From NCBI GenBank assembly GCA_045132235.1, contig JBGURX010000052.1, positions 17,514 through 81,513 on the forward strand: DNA of 64,000 nucleotides. Direction: 5' to 3'. Shown here piece by piece: positions 1 to 8,938 of this stretch (positions are counted from its first letter, which is position 1; every line of letters begins with the position of its first letter). The translations under genes were made by a program, and so were the position numbers. The notes beneath the pieces were generated by a model. It did no database searches. It was not told the DNA's origin and saw only the letters and a program-made list of their open reading frames with translations. Source of the DNA: Bacteroidales bacterium (GTDB lineage: Bacteria > Bacteroidota > Bacteroidia > Bacteroidales > WCHB1-69).

Positions 1-444
1 CTCAGAATCCCACGGGATATCCTCTTTCCAGTTGATGAGCTTGGGCTCCACTAATTCGCCCTCGTTTTCACCGGACTGGTATTTCACGAAGTGGCCGCCA
101 TGCTTCTCTTCCTCTTCGATTTCAGCATTGCCAAGCAGGTAGTGGGCCACGGAGTCGCGTACCCAATATACAAATTGGCGATACTCGTTGTTGGTGATCT
201 CCGTCTCATCCATGTAGAAGGCTGAGATGGTGACGTTCTTCGACTGGTGGGTGAAGGCGAAGGGGACATCCTGGTCGCCGGAGCCCATCAGGTAATGGCC
301 TGCGGGCACGTACACCATACCATACGGCATTAAGTCCAAAAAGTCGGGACGATCCTTGACACCAACCAATTGGCCGTCGCCATCGTTCTTACACGAGGTG
401 AGCAGAATGACGAGCGCTGCGAATAATAATGCTGACTTTTTCAT
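1..444 (-). CDS. porK: T9SS lipoprotein PorK/GldK, N-terminal 148 codons (gene runs off the window start)
   Basis: Absent from the ORF track because it is open at the window edge. My reverse translation from the ATG at 444 gives MKKSALLFAALVILLTSCKNDGDGQLVGVKDRPDFLDLMPYGMVYVPAGHYLMGSGDQD...SAFYMDETEITNNEYRQFVYWVRDS. This shows a lipobox (LTSC) plus an FGE/SUMF1-type N-terminal pattern typical of GldK/PorK. The gene lies directly downstream of a PorP/SprF gene, as in porPKLMN operons. Confidence 0.8.
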   Translation of the reverse strand, partial: MKKSALLFAALVILLTSCKNDGDGQLVGVKDRPDFLDLMPYGMVYVPAGHYLMGSGDQDVPFAFTHQSKNVTISAFYMDETEITNNEYRQFVYWVRDSVAHYLLGNAEIEEEEKHGGHFVKYQSGENEGELVEPKLINWKEDIPWDSE

Positions 445-495
445 ATCTGTCGATTTTGATTATTTTCTTTAACGAGGTTTTGAACAGAATATTGT

Positions 496-1521
496 TTAAT
501 AAACATTCTTGTATATGTTACGGCTGGATCCATAGCCGGAGAACACTTCTTCTTTATAGATGTCGAAGCAGTAGCGGAGCATGATTTCAAGGTCACCGTA
601 GCTGCGGTCAGGCTGATAACCCAACTTGCTGGTGGTGAAGCTGTAACCGAGTCCCATTTCCAAGCCGCGGAGGTAGTTGTTGGAGGAGTTGAAGAAGGGG
701 CGTGCGCCGAAGAGCACGGAAACGGCATCCTGAATACGATAGGAGAGACCGCCCCAGAGAATTCCGTTGTAGCGGGCCAGCAACATGAGGTCGAACTGTG
801 CGGTGGCAAGGTCGGTCTTGATAAGGGCCTGCGGGATGAGCTCCCAGCTGGGATCCCAGGGCAGCACCCATGTATAACCGCCATGGAAATACAGGTTGCG
901 GCTCATCTTGTAGGACTGTTTGTCGCCCGACAGACGGATCTTTTCAGCAATCTGGGTGACACCGATACCGGCGTTCCAGCGGTCGGCCTTGTAATAAACT
1001 CCCGCGCTGAAGTCCAAATCCAGCCATGACTCGTTGCCTGACATGGAGTTGAGGAGCGGGTCATCGTCCTGCGTGGGATGGAAATGAGTGGCATCCAACT
1101 TCTGGCTCAGCATCTGTGCCTGCACACCGATACCGATGGTTCCGGTAGGAATTCTGAATTTGAAGGAATATCCCAGCTTCACGCCCACATTGTTGAAAAA
1201 ACCGATTTTGTCTTTGATGAAGGTGACACCGAGACCTCCGTGCAGCTTGCGAAGATAGGATTCCATGCTTACATAAATCTGCTGCGGGGAAGTGTTGAAT
1301 TTCTGTGTGTTGCCACTTTCATCCTTGTAAGTATCATTCCATCCGGTGTATTGCTGCCTGAAGATGCCCGTAAAGCACAAGGTGTTGCTTTGTTCGCCGA
1401 TCGCACCCGCGTTATAATAGGGGGTCGCCCATTGAAAAAGGGTGAATTGCGCGTCTTGCTGTGCAAAACCACTCATCGTCAATGCGAGCAAAATAACCGA
1501 TAAAATGTACCTTTTTCTCAT
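496..1521 (-). CDS. porP: PorP/SprF family type IX secretion system membrane protein
   Basis: ORF 496..1578. I prefer the internal ATG at 1521 (MRKRYILSVILLALTMSGFAQQDAQFTLFQWATPYYNAG), which gives a signal peptide followed by the QD-x-QF-[ST] ... NPA-type N-terminus typical of PorP/SprF. The protein is beta-rich throughout and lies immediately upstream of porK. Confidence 0.8.
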   Translation of the reverse strand: MRKRYILSVILLALTMSGFAQQDAQFTLFQWATPYYNAGAIGEQSNTLCFTGIFRQQYTGWNDTYKDESGNTQKFNTSPQQIYVSMESYLRKLHGGLGVTFIKDKIGFFNNVGVKLGYSFKFRIPTGTIGIGVQAQMLSQKLDATHFHPTQDDDPLLNSMSGNESWLDLDFSAGVYYKADRWNAGIGVTQIAEKIRLSGDKQSYKMSRNLYFHGGYTWVLPWDPSWELIPQALIKTDLATAQFDLMLLARYNGILWGGLSYRIQDAVSVLFGARPFFNSSNNYLRGLEMGLGYSFTTSKLGYQPDRSYGDLEIMLRYCFDIYKEEVFSGYGSSRNIYKNVY

Positions 1522-1683
1522 ATTTTGAATTTTCTGAGTTTTTATTTTAATAAAACACAAAAAATTGATAATCAGCAAGTTGTTTTCTGTTTCTTCTCTA
1601 TTTTGGACGCGATTAATTGCTTATACTGCCCTTCTTAGAAAAAGTTACAGAAAAACTTGCCTTTCTCTACTTTTTTGCGGTGC

Positions 1684-1691
1684 CAAAAGTA
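1684..1691 (-). promoter_or_regulatory. Candidate -7 promoter box (TACTTTTG on the minus strand) upstream of porP
   Basis: The plus strand reads CAAAAGTA, the reverse complement of the Bacteroidota TAnnTTTG consensus. It is 163 nt upstream of the porP ATG, further than the other boxes in this window. Confidence 0.35.
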
Positions 1692-1854
1692 CAAAAAAAT
1701 CTAATTGCTGCCGCAAGTTTTTTTATTTTGTTGAAAAAAAATATGTGTTGGTTGACGGATGACCAACGGGCTCTCAAAAAAAAGTTGTGAACAGGATAAA
1801 GTTTATTCGCAGGGAGGAGGTGAAATTCAGAAAAATTCCCCCTTGCAATGCCTG

Positions 1855-4800
1855 TTAAAACAGCGCTTTTAATTGCAGAAAACCCGTGTGAATGAGACGG
1901 TTGTCATTGGTCAGACGGCCTTCATACTGTAGGTTCAGTTGCAGATACTCAAACAGTTGCGTTTGGTAGGTGGCGTTCCAGATGAAGTTGTTGCCTGCCG
2001 TCAGCCCTCCCAGCATTTCGTATGATACTGTATTGTTTTCCAATTGGTTGTAGTTGATGTGGGTGTAGCGCAGCTCCACGCTGATGGCTCCGCGCTGTTT
2101 CATGCGGAAGTCGGCGGTCATCTCGGCAGTATATTGGCGGGCGAGGTCGCTGCCGAGCAAATTGCGCTTGTAGCCCAGCTCGCAGCTGGCCGTCAGCGAC
2201 AGCTGGAACGGGAAGTTGAGGGTGACACTGTTGTGCAAAATATGGGAAAGGATGTGGAAACTTCTGTTGTTGAGATAGTCGGACTGACTGATATGGTTGG
2301 AGTTGGTATATATATTTTTGATAATCAATATTTTATGTGGTGAAGAACGGAATGTTACCTGATGGCTTTGGTTGCGGTTGCTCTCCATTCCGTAATAGAG
2401 CAAATTTTTCGATAGATTGTCGTAGTAGGTGTAGTCGGCTGAGAAATAGGGATTTGGAAGTGAAAAGCCGAGCGAGTTCTTGAAGCTGAGGTTTTGGCTT
2501 ACGAGAGCCGTGTCTTCAATGTTGAACTGGTAGGGATTGATAGCGCGGAGGTCGTGCTGGAGGGTGTTTTTCTGGTAAGAACGCAGTGAGGTGTTGTTGC
2601 TGAGCATGGATAGAAAGCGGAGGAATCCTTTTTTGTTCTTCCACACGTTGCCCGGCCGCAGTTGGAGAGTCTGGGTGGCACCGCAATTGCGGGTGTTCAC
2701 ATACTCGTTAGTGGGCAGCCACACCTTTACGTAGTCGGCTTCACTTTGGAAGGCTGCGGGCTCAAACTCGTCAAGTTCCTCGATGCCGTTCAGGTTGTAG
2801 TCGTTCCACACGTGCGTGCCCTGTCCGGCCGCCACTTTCAGGAAGGTGTAGCTCTTCCTCTGTTCCAGTCCACTGCCCACCTCGTAGTAAAGTCCGACGG
2901 TGACCGCCCCCTTCCAGAACCGGCCGTAGTAGTCGATGCTCCCCACGAAGTTGTGTTCGGAGCTGAACTGCCGTGTTGTATCGCGGTACTGGTCGTTGCG
3001 GTAGGTGAGGGTGCCCTTCAGCCGGTTGTTCTTCCAGTGCGAGCACTCGAAGCCGGCCTGTGCTTCGTGGGCGACGGTGCCCAGCGCGAGCATCGCCTCC
3101 TGCGCGTGGTAGTCGATGCGGTTGAGGTACTGCAGGTGGAAGGAGTAGGGGAGCGTGTCGCTGTTTTTCAGGTAGAGCGCTGCTTCATTGTAGGCGTAGC
3201 TGTTGGGACGGAGCGCGTGGTCGGTGGCCTGTCGGAAAACGTTGTACTCAAGTTCATCGCGCAGGCCGATGCGGATTTTGGAGAAACTGTACGAGAAATC
3301 GTTGTGGCTTCGGAGGAAGTTGGTGGTCTGCACGCTGTCGGAGGAGATGAGGTGCGAGGTGTTGGCTTTCCATTGCCATCCTTTGAAGCGGTGCTGTGAG
3401 GTGAACTGCTGCCGCAGTCCGCTCATCTCGCCGAAGCGGTAGAGCCAGTTGGCGGTATAGGCGGTGCTGCCGCAGGTGGGGTGCGAAAAGCCTGTGCTCA
3501 GCTGCAGCAGCTGCTCGTCGGTGTCGGTGGTGAAGTCGCTGCTCAGGTTGTAGTCACGGAAGAACTCCACATTGCGGTAGCTCTGCAGCGGGGTGTAGTT
3601 TCTGTGGGCGTATTCGTAGTCGAAGGTCAGGTGGTAGCGCCATGCTGTGTCTTGGGTTTTGCGCGACTTGACGGGTTGCCGGTATTCCACATTCACCTTG
3701 CAGGCCAAACCTGCATTGTCGCGGTCGTCGCTCTTCGAGAAGAGGTTCTGGTCGAGGTAGCTGAAGGCCACCTCCGCACCGGCCTTCACACGGCTGTTGA
3801 AGGCGTAGGTCGCGGCTACGGTGGCCATGTCGTGCATCCGGGGCGTGTTGAGCTGTGCCACGGGAGCGTAGTCGCCCTGCGCGACACCGTTGTCGGGAGC
3901 CACCCACTGGTAGAGTTTCCCGTTGGCGGTGCTCTGCGACAGGATGTAGTTGCCCTGTCCAGCGCCTACATAGCTGAAGGTGACGCGATAGACCGAGTCG
4001 TGCGAGTTGCCGGCATAGACGTAAACGGGCGAGTAGAGTTCGCCGTTGACAACGGTGTCGCGCCGGTGGTACAGGATCTCGTTGCCGGTGAAGTCGCTTA
4101 CGGGTGCGGCGGTTTCGTAGAGCGCGGTTTCCTGCCGGTCGCCGATGCCCGACAGGAACAGCATCTGGTCGGGGGTGAGCTCGGGTCGGATGGACTGGTT
4201 CTTCAAATCCTGCTCATGGAAAAAGTTGACATCCAGCACCAGTTTGCTGTTCTTTTCGTGGGTGAAGGTGTTGGAGGTGAAGAGGTTGTAGCGTGAATAG
4301 TACTGGTCGCTGTACTCGAACGATACGATGATGCGGCTGTGTTCGGTGATAAGGCGGCGCGGGGTGAAGGTGATTTCTCCTAAATTGTAGTCGATGATGT
4401 AGTCTTGGTCCTGTCCGCGGGTGAGCAGCACGCCGTCAAGATAGACCTGTTCGGAGCCGGAGAGAATGATGATGTTGGTCTCTGAAAGTTCGCCGGTGAG
4501 GCGGTAGGACCCCTGCACTCCGTTGATGGGGGTGATGCTGTGGCGCACGTATTTCCCTTTGGTGAGGCCGCCGCCCACGGTGTTGCGGAGGCGGTTGGCA
4601 CTGTCGATGGCGGTGCTGAGGGTGGCTTTCATGCCAGTGAACTGGCGGCTGATTTGCAGAAAGTGGCTGTTGGGGGGCGAGGCAATTTCAATGTCGCCGG
4701 CTTCGATGCGGAGACGGTCTTTGTAGGTGAGTTGGATGAACACTTTGTTGAAGTCCTTGAGGTAGCGGGTGTTGCCTTCGGGTTGGATGGGGAGGTTCTC

Positions 4801-5340
4801 ATCGGTGATGTTGGCAAGGATTTCCACACCCGGGGCAATCGAGCCGGAGAGTTGCAGGTTGAGGTGCGAGTTGAGTACAAAATCCTGGTTGTTGCCCACG
4901 GAGATGCTGCGCGAGATGGAGCCGTTGCCCTGCAGGTCGGAGTCGAAAAGGGTGTTGCTGGTGGGAATGGTGATGGGGGCGAGGTGGTGTTGGGTGGGGT
5001 CGTCCACAAAATGCGGCAGGATGAGGTCGGTGGGCTTGTGGGTTACTGGGCGGCTGAGGTCGCGCAGCATGGAGCGATAAGTGTAGGTGATGGTGCTGCC
5101 GACCTTGGATGGGTCTTTCAGATGCAGGGTGGCGGCGGCATAGTCGATGGAATAGTCGGCGGTGTCGAGGCCGGTGATGGAGAACGAGCCGGGCATGATG
5201 GAGAGGCTGTCGAGCACGATGACGGTGGAGTCAATCTGTCGGGTGGCGAAGCGCCGGTTGGAGGTGTTCTGCGCTGCCAGCTGTGCCGATGCCAGCATCA
5301 GTAACCATAGAATTCCAGAAATCAACGCTTTTTTCGCCAT
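1855..5340 (-). CDS. Large uncharacterised secreted protein, probably an outer-membrane beta-barrel (~1161 aa)
   Basis: ORF 1855..5418 begins with GTG. The ATG at 5340 gives a clean signal peptide (MAKKALISGILWLLMLASAQLAAQ). The protein is beta-strand-like and Y/N/S/T-rich throughout, and its C-terminus ...GFLQLKALF ends in an aromatic residue as in BAM substrates. I recognise no catalytic motif. Confidence 0.6.
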   Translation of the reverse strand: MAKKALISGILWLLMLASAQLAAQNTSNRRFATRQIDSTVIVLDSLSIMPGSFSITGLDTADYSIDYAAATLHLKDPSKVGSTITYTYRSMLRDLSRPVTHKPTDLILPHFVDDPTQHHLAPITIPTSNTLFDSDLQGNGSISRSISVGNNQDFVLNSHLNLQLSGSIAPGVEILANITDENLPIQPEGNTRYLKDFNKVFIQLTYKDRLRIEAGDIEIASPPNSHFLQISRQFTGMKATLSTAIDSANRLRNTVGGGLTKGKYVRHSITPINGVQGSYRLTGELSETNIIILSGSEQVYLDGVLLTRGQDQDYIIDYNLGEITFTPRRLITEHSRIIVSFEYSDQYYSRYNLFTSNTFTHEKNSKLVLDVNFFHEQDLKNQSIRPELTPDQMLFLSGIGDRQETALYETAAPVSDFTGNEILYHRRDTVVNGELYSPVYVYAGNSHDSVYRVTFSYVGAGQGNYILSQSTANGKLYQWVAPDNGVAQGDYAPVAQLNTPRMHDMATVAATYAFNSRVKAGAEVAFSYLDQNLFSKSDDRDNAGLACKVNVEYRQPVKSRKTQDTAWRYHLTFDYEYAHRNYTPLQSYRNVEFFRDYNLSSDFTTDTDEQLLQLSTGFSHPTCGSTAYTANWLYRFGEMSGLRQQFTSQHRFKGWQWKANTSHLISSDSVQTTNFLRSHNDFSYSFSKIRIGLRDELEYNVFRQATDHALRPNSYAYNEAALYLKNSDTLPYSFHLQYLNRIDYHAQEAMLALGTVAHEAQAGFECSHWKNNRLKGTLTYRNDQYRDTTRQFSSEHNFVGSIDYYGRFWKGAVTVGLYYEVGSGLEQRKSYTFLKVAAGQGTHVWNDYNLNGIEELDEFEPAAFQSEADYVKVWLPTNEYVNTRNCGATQTLQLRPGNVWKNKKGFLRFLSMLSNNTSLRSYQKNTLQHDLRAINPYQFNIEDTALVSQNLSFKNSLGFSLPNPYFSADYTYYDNLSKNLLYYGMESNRNQSHQVTFRSSPHKILIIKNIYTNSNHISQSDYLNNRSFHILSHILHNSVTLNFPFQLSLTASCELGYKRNLLGSDLARQYTAEMTADFRMKQRGAISVELRYTHINYNQLENNTVSYEMLGGLTAGNNFIWNATYQTQLFEYLQLNLQYEGRLTNDNRLIHTGFLQLKALF

Positions 5341-5514
5341 GAACAGTTTTTCGCATAATGATAATGCATTTTTATTTAAAATATTGTATTGATATGAAAG
5401 AAGAGAGCCAGTCTGCACCGACTCTCTCTTGACAATCTTAACACAAAACTACGTGGTTTTGCGACTGATCTCCAGTCTTTGTCAGACATACACGCACTGT
5501 GCGGAGTCAGCGTG

Positions 5515-5522
5515 CAAAATTA
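5515..5522 (-). promoter_or_regulatory. Candidate -7 promoter box (TAATTTTG on the minus strand) upstream of the 1161-aa gene
   Basis: The plus strand reads CAAAATTA, matching TAnnTTTG in reverse complement. It lies in the gap after the M23 peptidase stop, 175 nt from the ATG at 5340. Confidence 0.35.
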
Positions 5523-5550
5523 CTAAAAAATCATGAACAACGTTCTATGA

Positions 5551-6513
5551 TTAAGAAAGTGCTTGGTTGACCTGCTGTGAGCTCTTGAGGATGGCTTCGT
5601 ACTCTTCGGGGGTGATGTCCTGGAAGAAATAGTGTACGGGGTTCACCCTCACGCCGTCTTTGATGACTTCGTAGTGGAGGTGCGAACCGGTGGAGAGGCC
5701 GGTGTTGCCCACGTAGCCGATGATCTGTCCGCGGGTGACGTGCTCTCCGGGCTTGACCGCTTTCTTGGAAAGATGGGCGTACAGGGTCTGGTAGGAGTAG
5801 CCGTGGTTGATGACGATGACATTGCCGTAGCCGCCACCGGGAGTCTGACGGCTCACCACCCCGTCGGCGGTGGCGTACACGGGCGTTCCTTTCTTCGCCG
5901 AGATGTCGATGCCGGTGTGCGGCCGCAGCACCTTCAGAATCGGGTGGTAGCGATAGCCGAAACCGGAAGTGATTTCGTAGCAGTTGGGCAGCGGCCGGAT
6001 GGCGGGGATGGACTGCAGCATCTGTTTTTTCTTCCCGATGAGACTGACAATGGTGTCAAACGAGCGCGACTGTGCCGCCATGCTGACCGTCAAGCGGTTG
6101 GCTTTCTGGTATATCTCTTCCAACAGGGCACTGGCGTCGGAATAGTTGACAGACTTCTTCCCTTGTGTCTTTCCCAAAAAAGGATAGCGTTCGGAAAGGG
6201 GCATCGGTTCGCTTTCGAAAATGGCGCGGTAGATGTTGTCGTCGCGCTTTTGCAGGTCGGTGGCCACAATGGCCAGCTGGTCGTATTTTTTGTCCAGTCG
6301 GGCAATCTCTTCTTTCAGTTGCTCATTTTCTTGTCTGAGCATCAATTCTTTAGGGGAGTCAATCAAGTAAAAGGATATCCATACGATGACGACCGAAAAA
6401 GCCAATGCCGTGGCCAGAAACCATAGCACGCGCTTGATGATGTCTTTCCATGAGAAGGCCTTTTTCTCGAACGATAGGGTCTTGGGATTGAAGTAGTAGA
6501 TCGACCGTCCCAT
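5551..6513 (-). CDS. M23 family metallopeptidase (LytM-type, membrane-anchored with a coiled coil)
   Basis: Contains an N-terminal TM segment and a coiled-coil stretch (ENEQLKEEIARLDKKYDQL). M23 motifs are present: HTGIDISAKKGTPVYATADGVV, GGYGNVIVINHGYSYQTLYAHLS and GYVGNTGLSTGSHLHYEV. Confidence 0.85.
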   Translation of the reverse strand: MGRSIYYFNPKTLSFEKKAFSWKDIIKRVLWFLATALAFSVVIVWISFYLIDSPKELMLRQENEQLKEEIARLDKKYDQLAIVATDLQKRDDNIYRAIFESEPMPLSERYPFLGKTQGKKSVNYSDASALLEEIYQKANRLTVSMAAQSRSFDTIVSLIGKKKQMLQSIPAIRPLPNCYEITSGFGYRYHPILKVLRPHTGIDISAKKGTPVYATADGVVSRQTPGGGYGNVIVINHGYSYQTLYAHLSKKAVKPGEHVTRGQIIGYVGNTGLSTGSHLHYEVIKDGVRVNPVHYFFQDITPEEYEAILKSSQQVNQALS

Positions 6514-6534
6514 ACAATTATATAATGTATATTG

Positions 6535-7920
6535 TTATTTCAGTTTGATGATGCGCCCTTTTTTCAGCGGGGTGTCGGGCGTGGCAATGCCGTTGAAGTC
6601 GCAGAGTTTCTTGAGTCTCACCCCGCTCTTTTGTGCAATATAGCGGAGACTTTCCTGATCTTGCACGATGTAGGTGGGAGTAGCGCCTGAGTTCGCCTTT
6701 TTTTCAATATAAACCACTTCGCCGGTGTGCGGTTTGGCGGCGCCGGTGATGTCGTTGAACTTTTTGATTTTCTTTTCAGGAAGTTGCACATCGCGGGCAA
6801 TCTTGGCGTAGGTGTCGCCCTCTTCCGCAATGATGAAGAGCGTGTTGTTGTTGACATACACTTCGCGCTCGGTGAAGGGATAGCCGCTATAAGGGGTAAA
6901 CTGACCTTTCGTTGCAGTGAACACGGTTTCTGGTGTTGGGGAAGCGGTGGGGGCGGGAGCTGTGGCGGGAGCAGGTGTGGGAGCGGGCGTAGGAGTGGGA
7001 GTGGGTTGGCTGGTGGGAACAGCGGGTGTTTCCGTTTTGGGAGCCGCAGGTTGTGTGGGTTTTGCGGATCTGCTGTTGTTGGACTGCTGGGCGGCAGGTT
7101 TCGGTTCGGAGGCTGCCTTTGATGGCTGTGATGAGGAGGGGTCTGAGGTGGGTGTAGGTTTCTTGTCGGGAACTTTCCTGTGGGTGGGTTTGATGCGGAT
7201 TTTGCTGGAGTGGCTGGGAGTTTTTGTTATAGTTGCAGGGTGAAGATCAGGTTCCGAAGGAATGCGCGTGGCCGGTCGTTCCACAGGTTGCAATCCATTG
7301 GTGTCAGGCTGGCCAAAACATTGCACGTATGAGAAACCAGCCATCTCTTCCGGATGTACATCGGGGTAATGCTCAAAATAGCCATTTTGAAGTCTGTACT
7401 GGTAGATGGTGTCCAGCATGGCGAGGTGGAAACGGTCGATGAGGCTGATGAGGCGGTCGGCATACTGGGGGTTGGTGGCATAGCCGGCAGCCTTGAGTCC
7501 GCGTGCCCATCCCGGATAGTCCATGATGTCGAGGGTGAACAGGTTGGCATAGCGCTGACGGTTTTTCAGAAAAAGGGAGTGGTCGGTGTAGGAGTCCTCT
7601 ACCTTTTCGTATTTGCGGAAACACTCTTGTAGTTCGTCATCATCAATCAGGATGGTGTCGCCGGTCCAGTCTTTGTGGCACTTGATGCCGAAATGGTTGT
7701 TGCCGTCCACGGCGAGGTGGCTTTTGCCGCAGGCGCTCTCGAAAATTCCCTGTGCGATGGTGATGCTGGCAGGTATTTTATATTCATACATCTTATTGAT
7801 AGCCAATTCTTTATAGGTGTCAATGTAGATGTAGATGTCTTGTTCGGTGTATTGTGCGCTTGCCGACAGCGAGTAGAAGATTACCGACAGGGCGATGACG
7901 CAGTTTTTCAAATGATTCAT
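6535..7920 (-). CDS. Secreted glucosaminidase-domain (FlgJ/LytD-type) protein with a disordered linker and two C-terminal LysM-like domains
   Basis: Has a signal peptide and the glucosaminidase core SITIAQGIFESACGKSHLAVDGNNHFGIKC...GLKAAGYATNPQYADRL. Two LysM-like units are present: LFIIAEEGDTYAKIARDVQL...VVYI and TYIVQDQESLRYIAQKSGVRLKKLCDFNGI. Confidence 0.8.
   Translation of the reverse strand: MNHLKNCVIALSVIFYSLSASAQYTEQDIYIYIDTYKELAINKMYEYKIPASITIAQGIFESACGKSHLAVDGNNHFGIKCHKDWTGDTILIDDDELQECFRKYEKVEDSYTDHSLFLKNRQRYANLFTLDIMDYPGWARGLKAAGYATNPQYADRLISLIDRFHLAMLDTIYQYRLQNGYFEHYPDVHPEEMAGFSYVQCFGQPDTNGLQPVERPATRIPSEPDLHPATITKTPSHSSKIRIKPTHRKVPDKKPTPTSDPSSSQPSKAASEPKPAAQQSNNSRSAKPTQPAAPKTETPAVPTSQPTPTPTPAPTPAPATAPAPTASPTPETVFTATKGQFTPYSGYPFTEREVYVNNNTLFIIAEEGDTYAKIARDVQLPEKKIKKFNDITGAAKPHTGEVVYIEKKANSGATPTYIVQDQESLRYIAQKSGVRLKKLCDFNGIATPDTPLKKGRIIKLK
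6925..7308 (-). repeat. Low-complexity P/T/A/S/K-rich coding linker (aa ~205-332 of the glucosaminidase protein)
   Basis: The translation includes ...KPTPTSDPSSSQPSKAASEPKPAAQQ...PTPTPTPAPTPAPATAPAPTASPTPE. The DNA shows the matching GGTGT/GGAGC-type short reiterations. Confidence 0.7.
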
Positions 7921-7947
7921 GTTGAAGGATTTGTGTTTTTAGCCACG

Positions 7948-7955
7948 CAAAATTA
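7948..7955 (-). promoter_or_regulatory. -7 promoter box (TAATTTTG on the minus strand) for the glucosaminidase-M23 unit
   Basis: The plus strand reads CAAAATTA, 28 nt upstream of the ATG at 7920. Confidence 0.5.
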
Positions 7956-8025
7956 CTTGAAAATTTTTGAAAATATTGACGGGCATAAAGCAATACATCA
8001 ACATTAAATCGTTGATAAAATGGGG

Positions 8026-8060
8026 AATAAAAAAGGGGAATGTTGAATGTCATTCCCCTT
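8026..8060 (-). terminator. Rho-independent terminator after hbd
   Basis: On the minus strand: AAGGGGAATG-ACATTCAA-CATTCCCCTT followed by TTTTATT. This is a perfect 10-bp stem, 23 nt after the hbd stop. Confidence 0.75.
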
Positions 8061-8082
8061 TGTAAAAGTGTGAAATTGTTTC

Positions 8083-8919
8083 TTAGTACTTGTAGAAGCC
8101 TTCGCCGGTTTTTCTGCCGAGGAGGCCTGCGCGCACCATCTTCCGCAACAGCGGGTGAGGACGGTACTTCGGGTCACCGAACTCTTTGTAAAGCACCTCC
8201 ATGATGGCGAGGTTCACATCGTTGCCGATGAGGTCGGCCAATGCGAGCGGGCCCATCGGGTGGTTGGCGCCCAGCATCATGCACTTGTCGATGTCCTCGG
8301 CGCTGGCGATGCCGTCGGCGAGGATGCCCACTGCCTCGTTGATCATGGGGATGAGGATGCGGTTCACCACGAAACCGGGAGCCTCGTTCACGAGCACGGG
8401 AGTCTTGCCGATGGAGGTGGCGAGTTCCACAATCTGGTTGCACACTTCGTCGGAAGTCACCTGACCTTTAATCACTTCCACCAATGCCATACGGTCGGCG
8501 GGGTTGAAGAAGTGCATGCCGATGAACTGGGTGGGACGGCTGGTGCAGGCAGCGATCTCGGTGATGGAGAGGGAAGAGGAGTTGGTGGCGAAGATGGTTT
8601 CGGGCTTGCAGATCTTGTCAAGTTCTGCGAACACCTCTTTCTTCAGCTGCATATCCTCCACGGCGGCTTCGATCACGAGGTCGGCGTCGGCGAAGGTGGC
8701 GTAGTCGGTGGTGGTGGTGATGTTCTTCATGATGGCGTCAACGCCCTCCTGAGTCATCTTGCCTTTTTCCACTAATTTGCCATAACCTTTAGTAAAGGAA
8801 GCCAATGCTTTGTCCAAGCTGGCTTGCGTGCGGCTTTTCATTACCACGGGCATTTTAGCCGCAAATGCTTTGACGATACCTTTTGCCATGGTACCGGTTC
8901 CAATAACGCAAATTTTCAT
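8083..8919 (-). CDS. hbd: 3-hydroxybutyryl-CoA dehydrogenase
   Basis: Has an N-terminal Rossmann motif ([15 protein letters not shown]) and the motifs [16 protein letters not shown] and [11 protein letters not shown]. The 278-aa length and the C-terminus [11 protein letters not shown] are typical of Hbd/3-hydroxyacyl-CoA dehydrogenases. Confidence 0.9.
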   Translation of the reverse strand: MKICVIGTGTMAKGIVKAFAAKMPVVMKSRTQASLDKALASFTKGYGKLVEKGKMTQEGVDAIMKNITTTTDYATFADADLVIEAAVEDMQLKKEVFAELDKICKPETIFATNSSSLSITEIAACTSRPTQFIGMHFFNPADRMALVEVIKGQVTSDEVCNQIVELATSIGKTPVLVNEAPGFVVNRILIPMINEAVGILADGIASAEDIDKCMMLGANHPMGPLALADLIGNDVNLAIMEVLYKEFGDPKYRPHPLLRKMVRAGLLGRKTGEGFYKY

Positions 8920-8938
8920 GATGCTATGTTTTTAATGA

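Noticed and set aside
1565-1762. 65-aa plus-strand ORF in the porP upstream spacer, and the 79-aa ORF at 46061-46300
   Set aside because: Both lie in AT-rich intergenic sequence, have implausible composition, lack a promoter box, and the second overlaps the alaS start.
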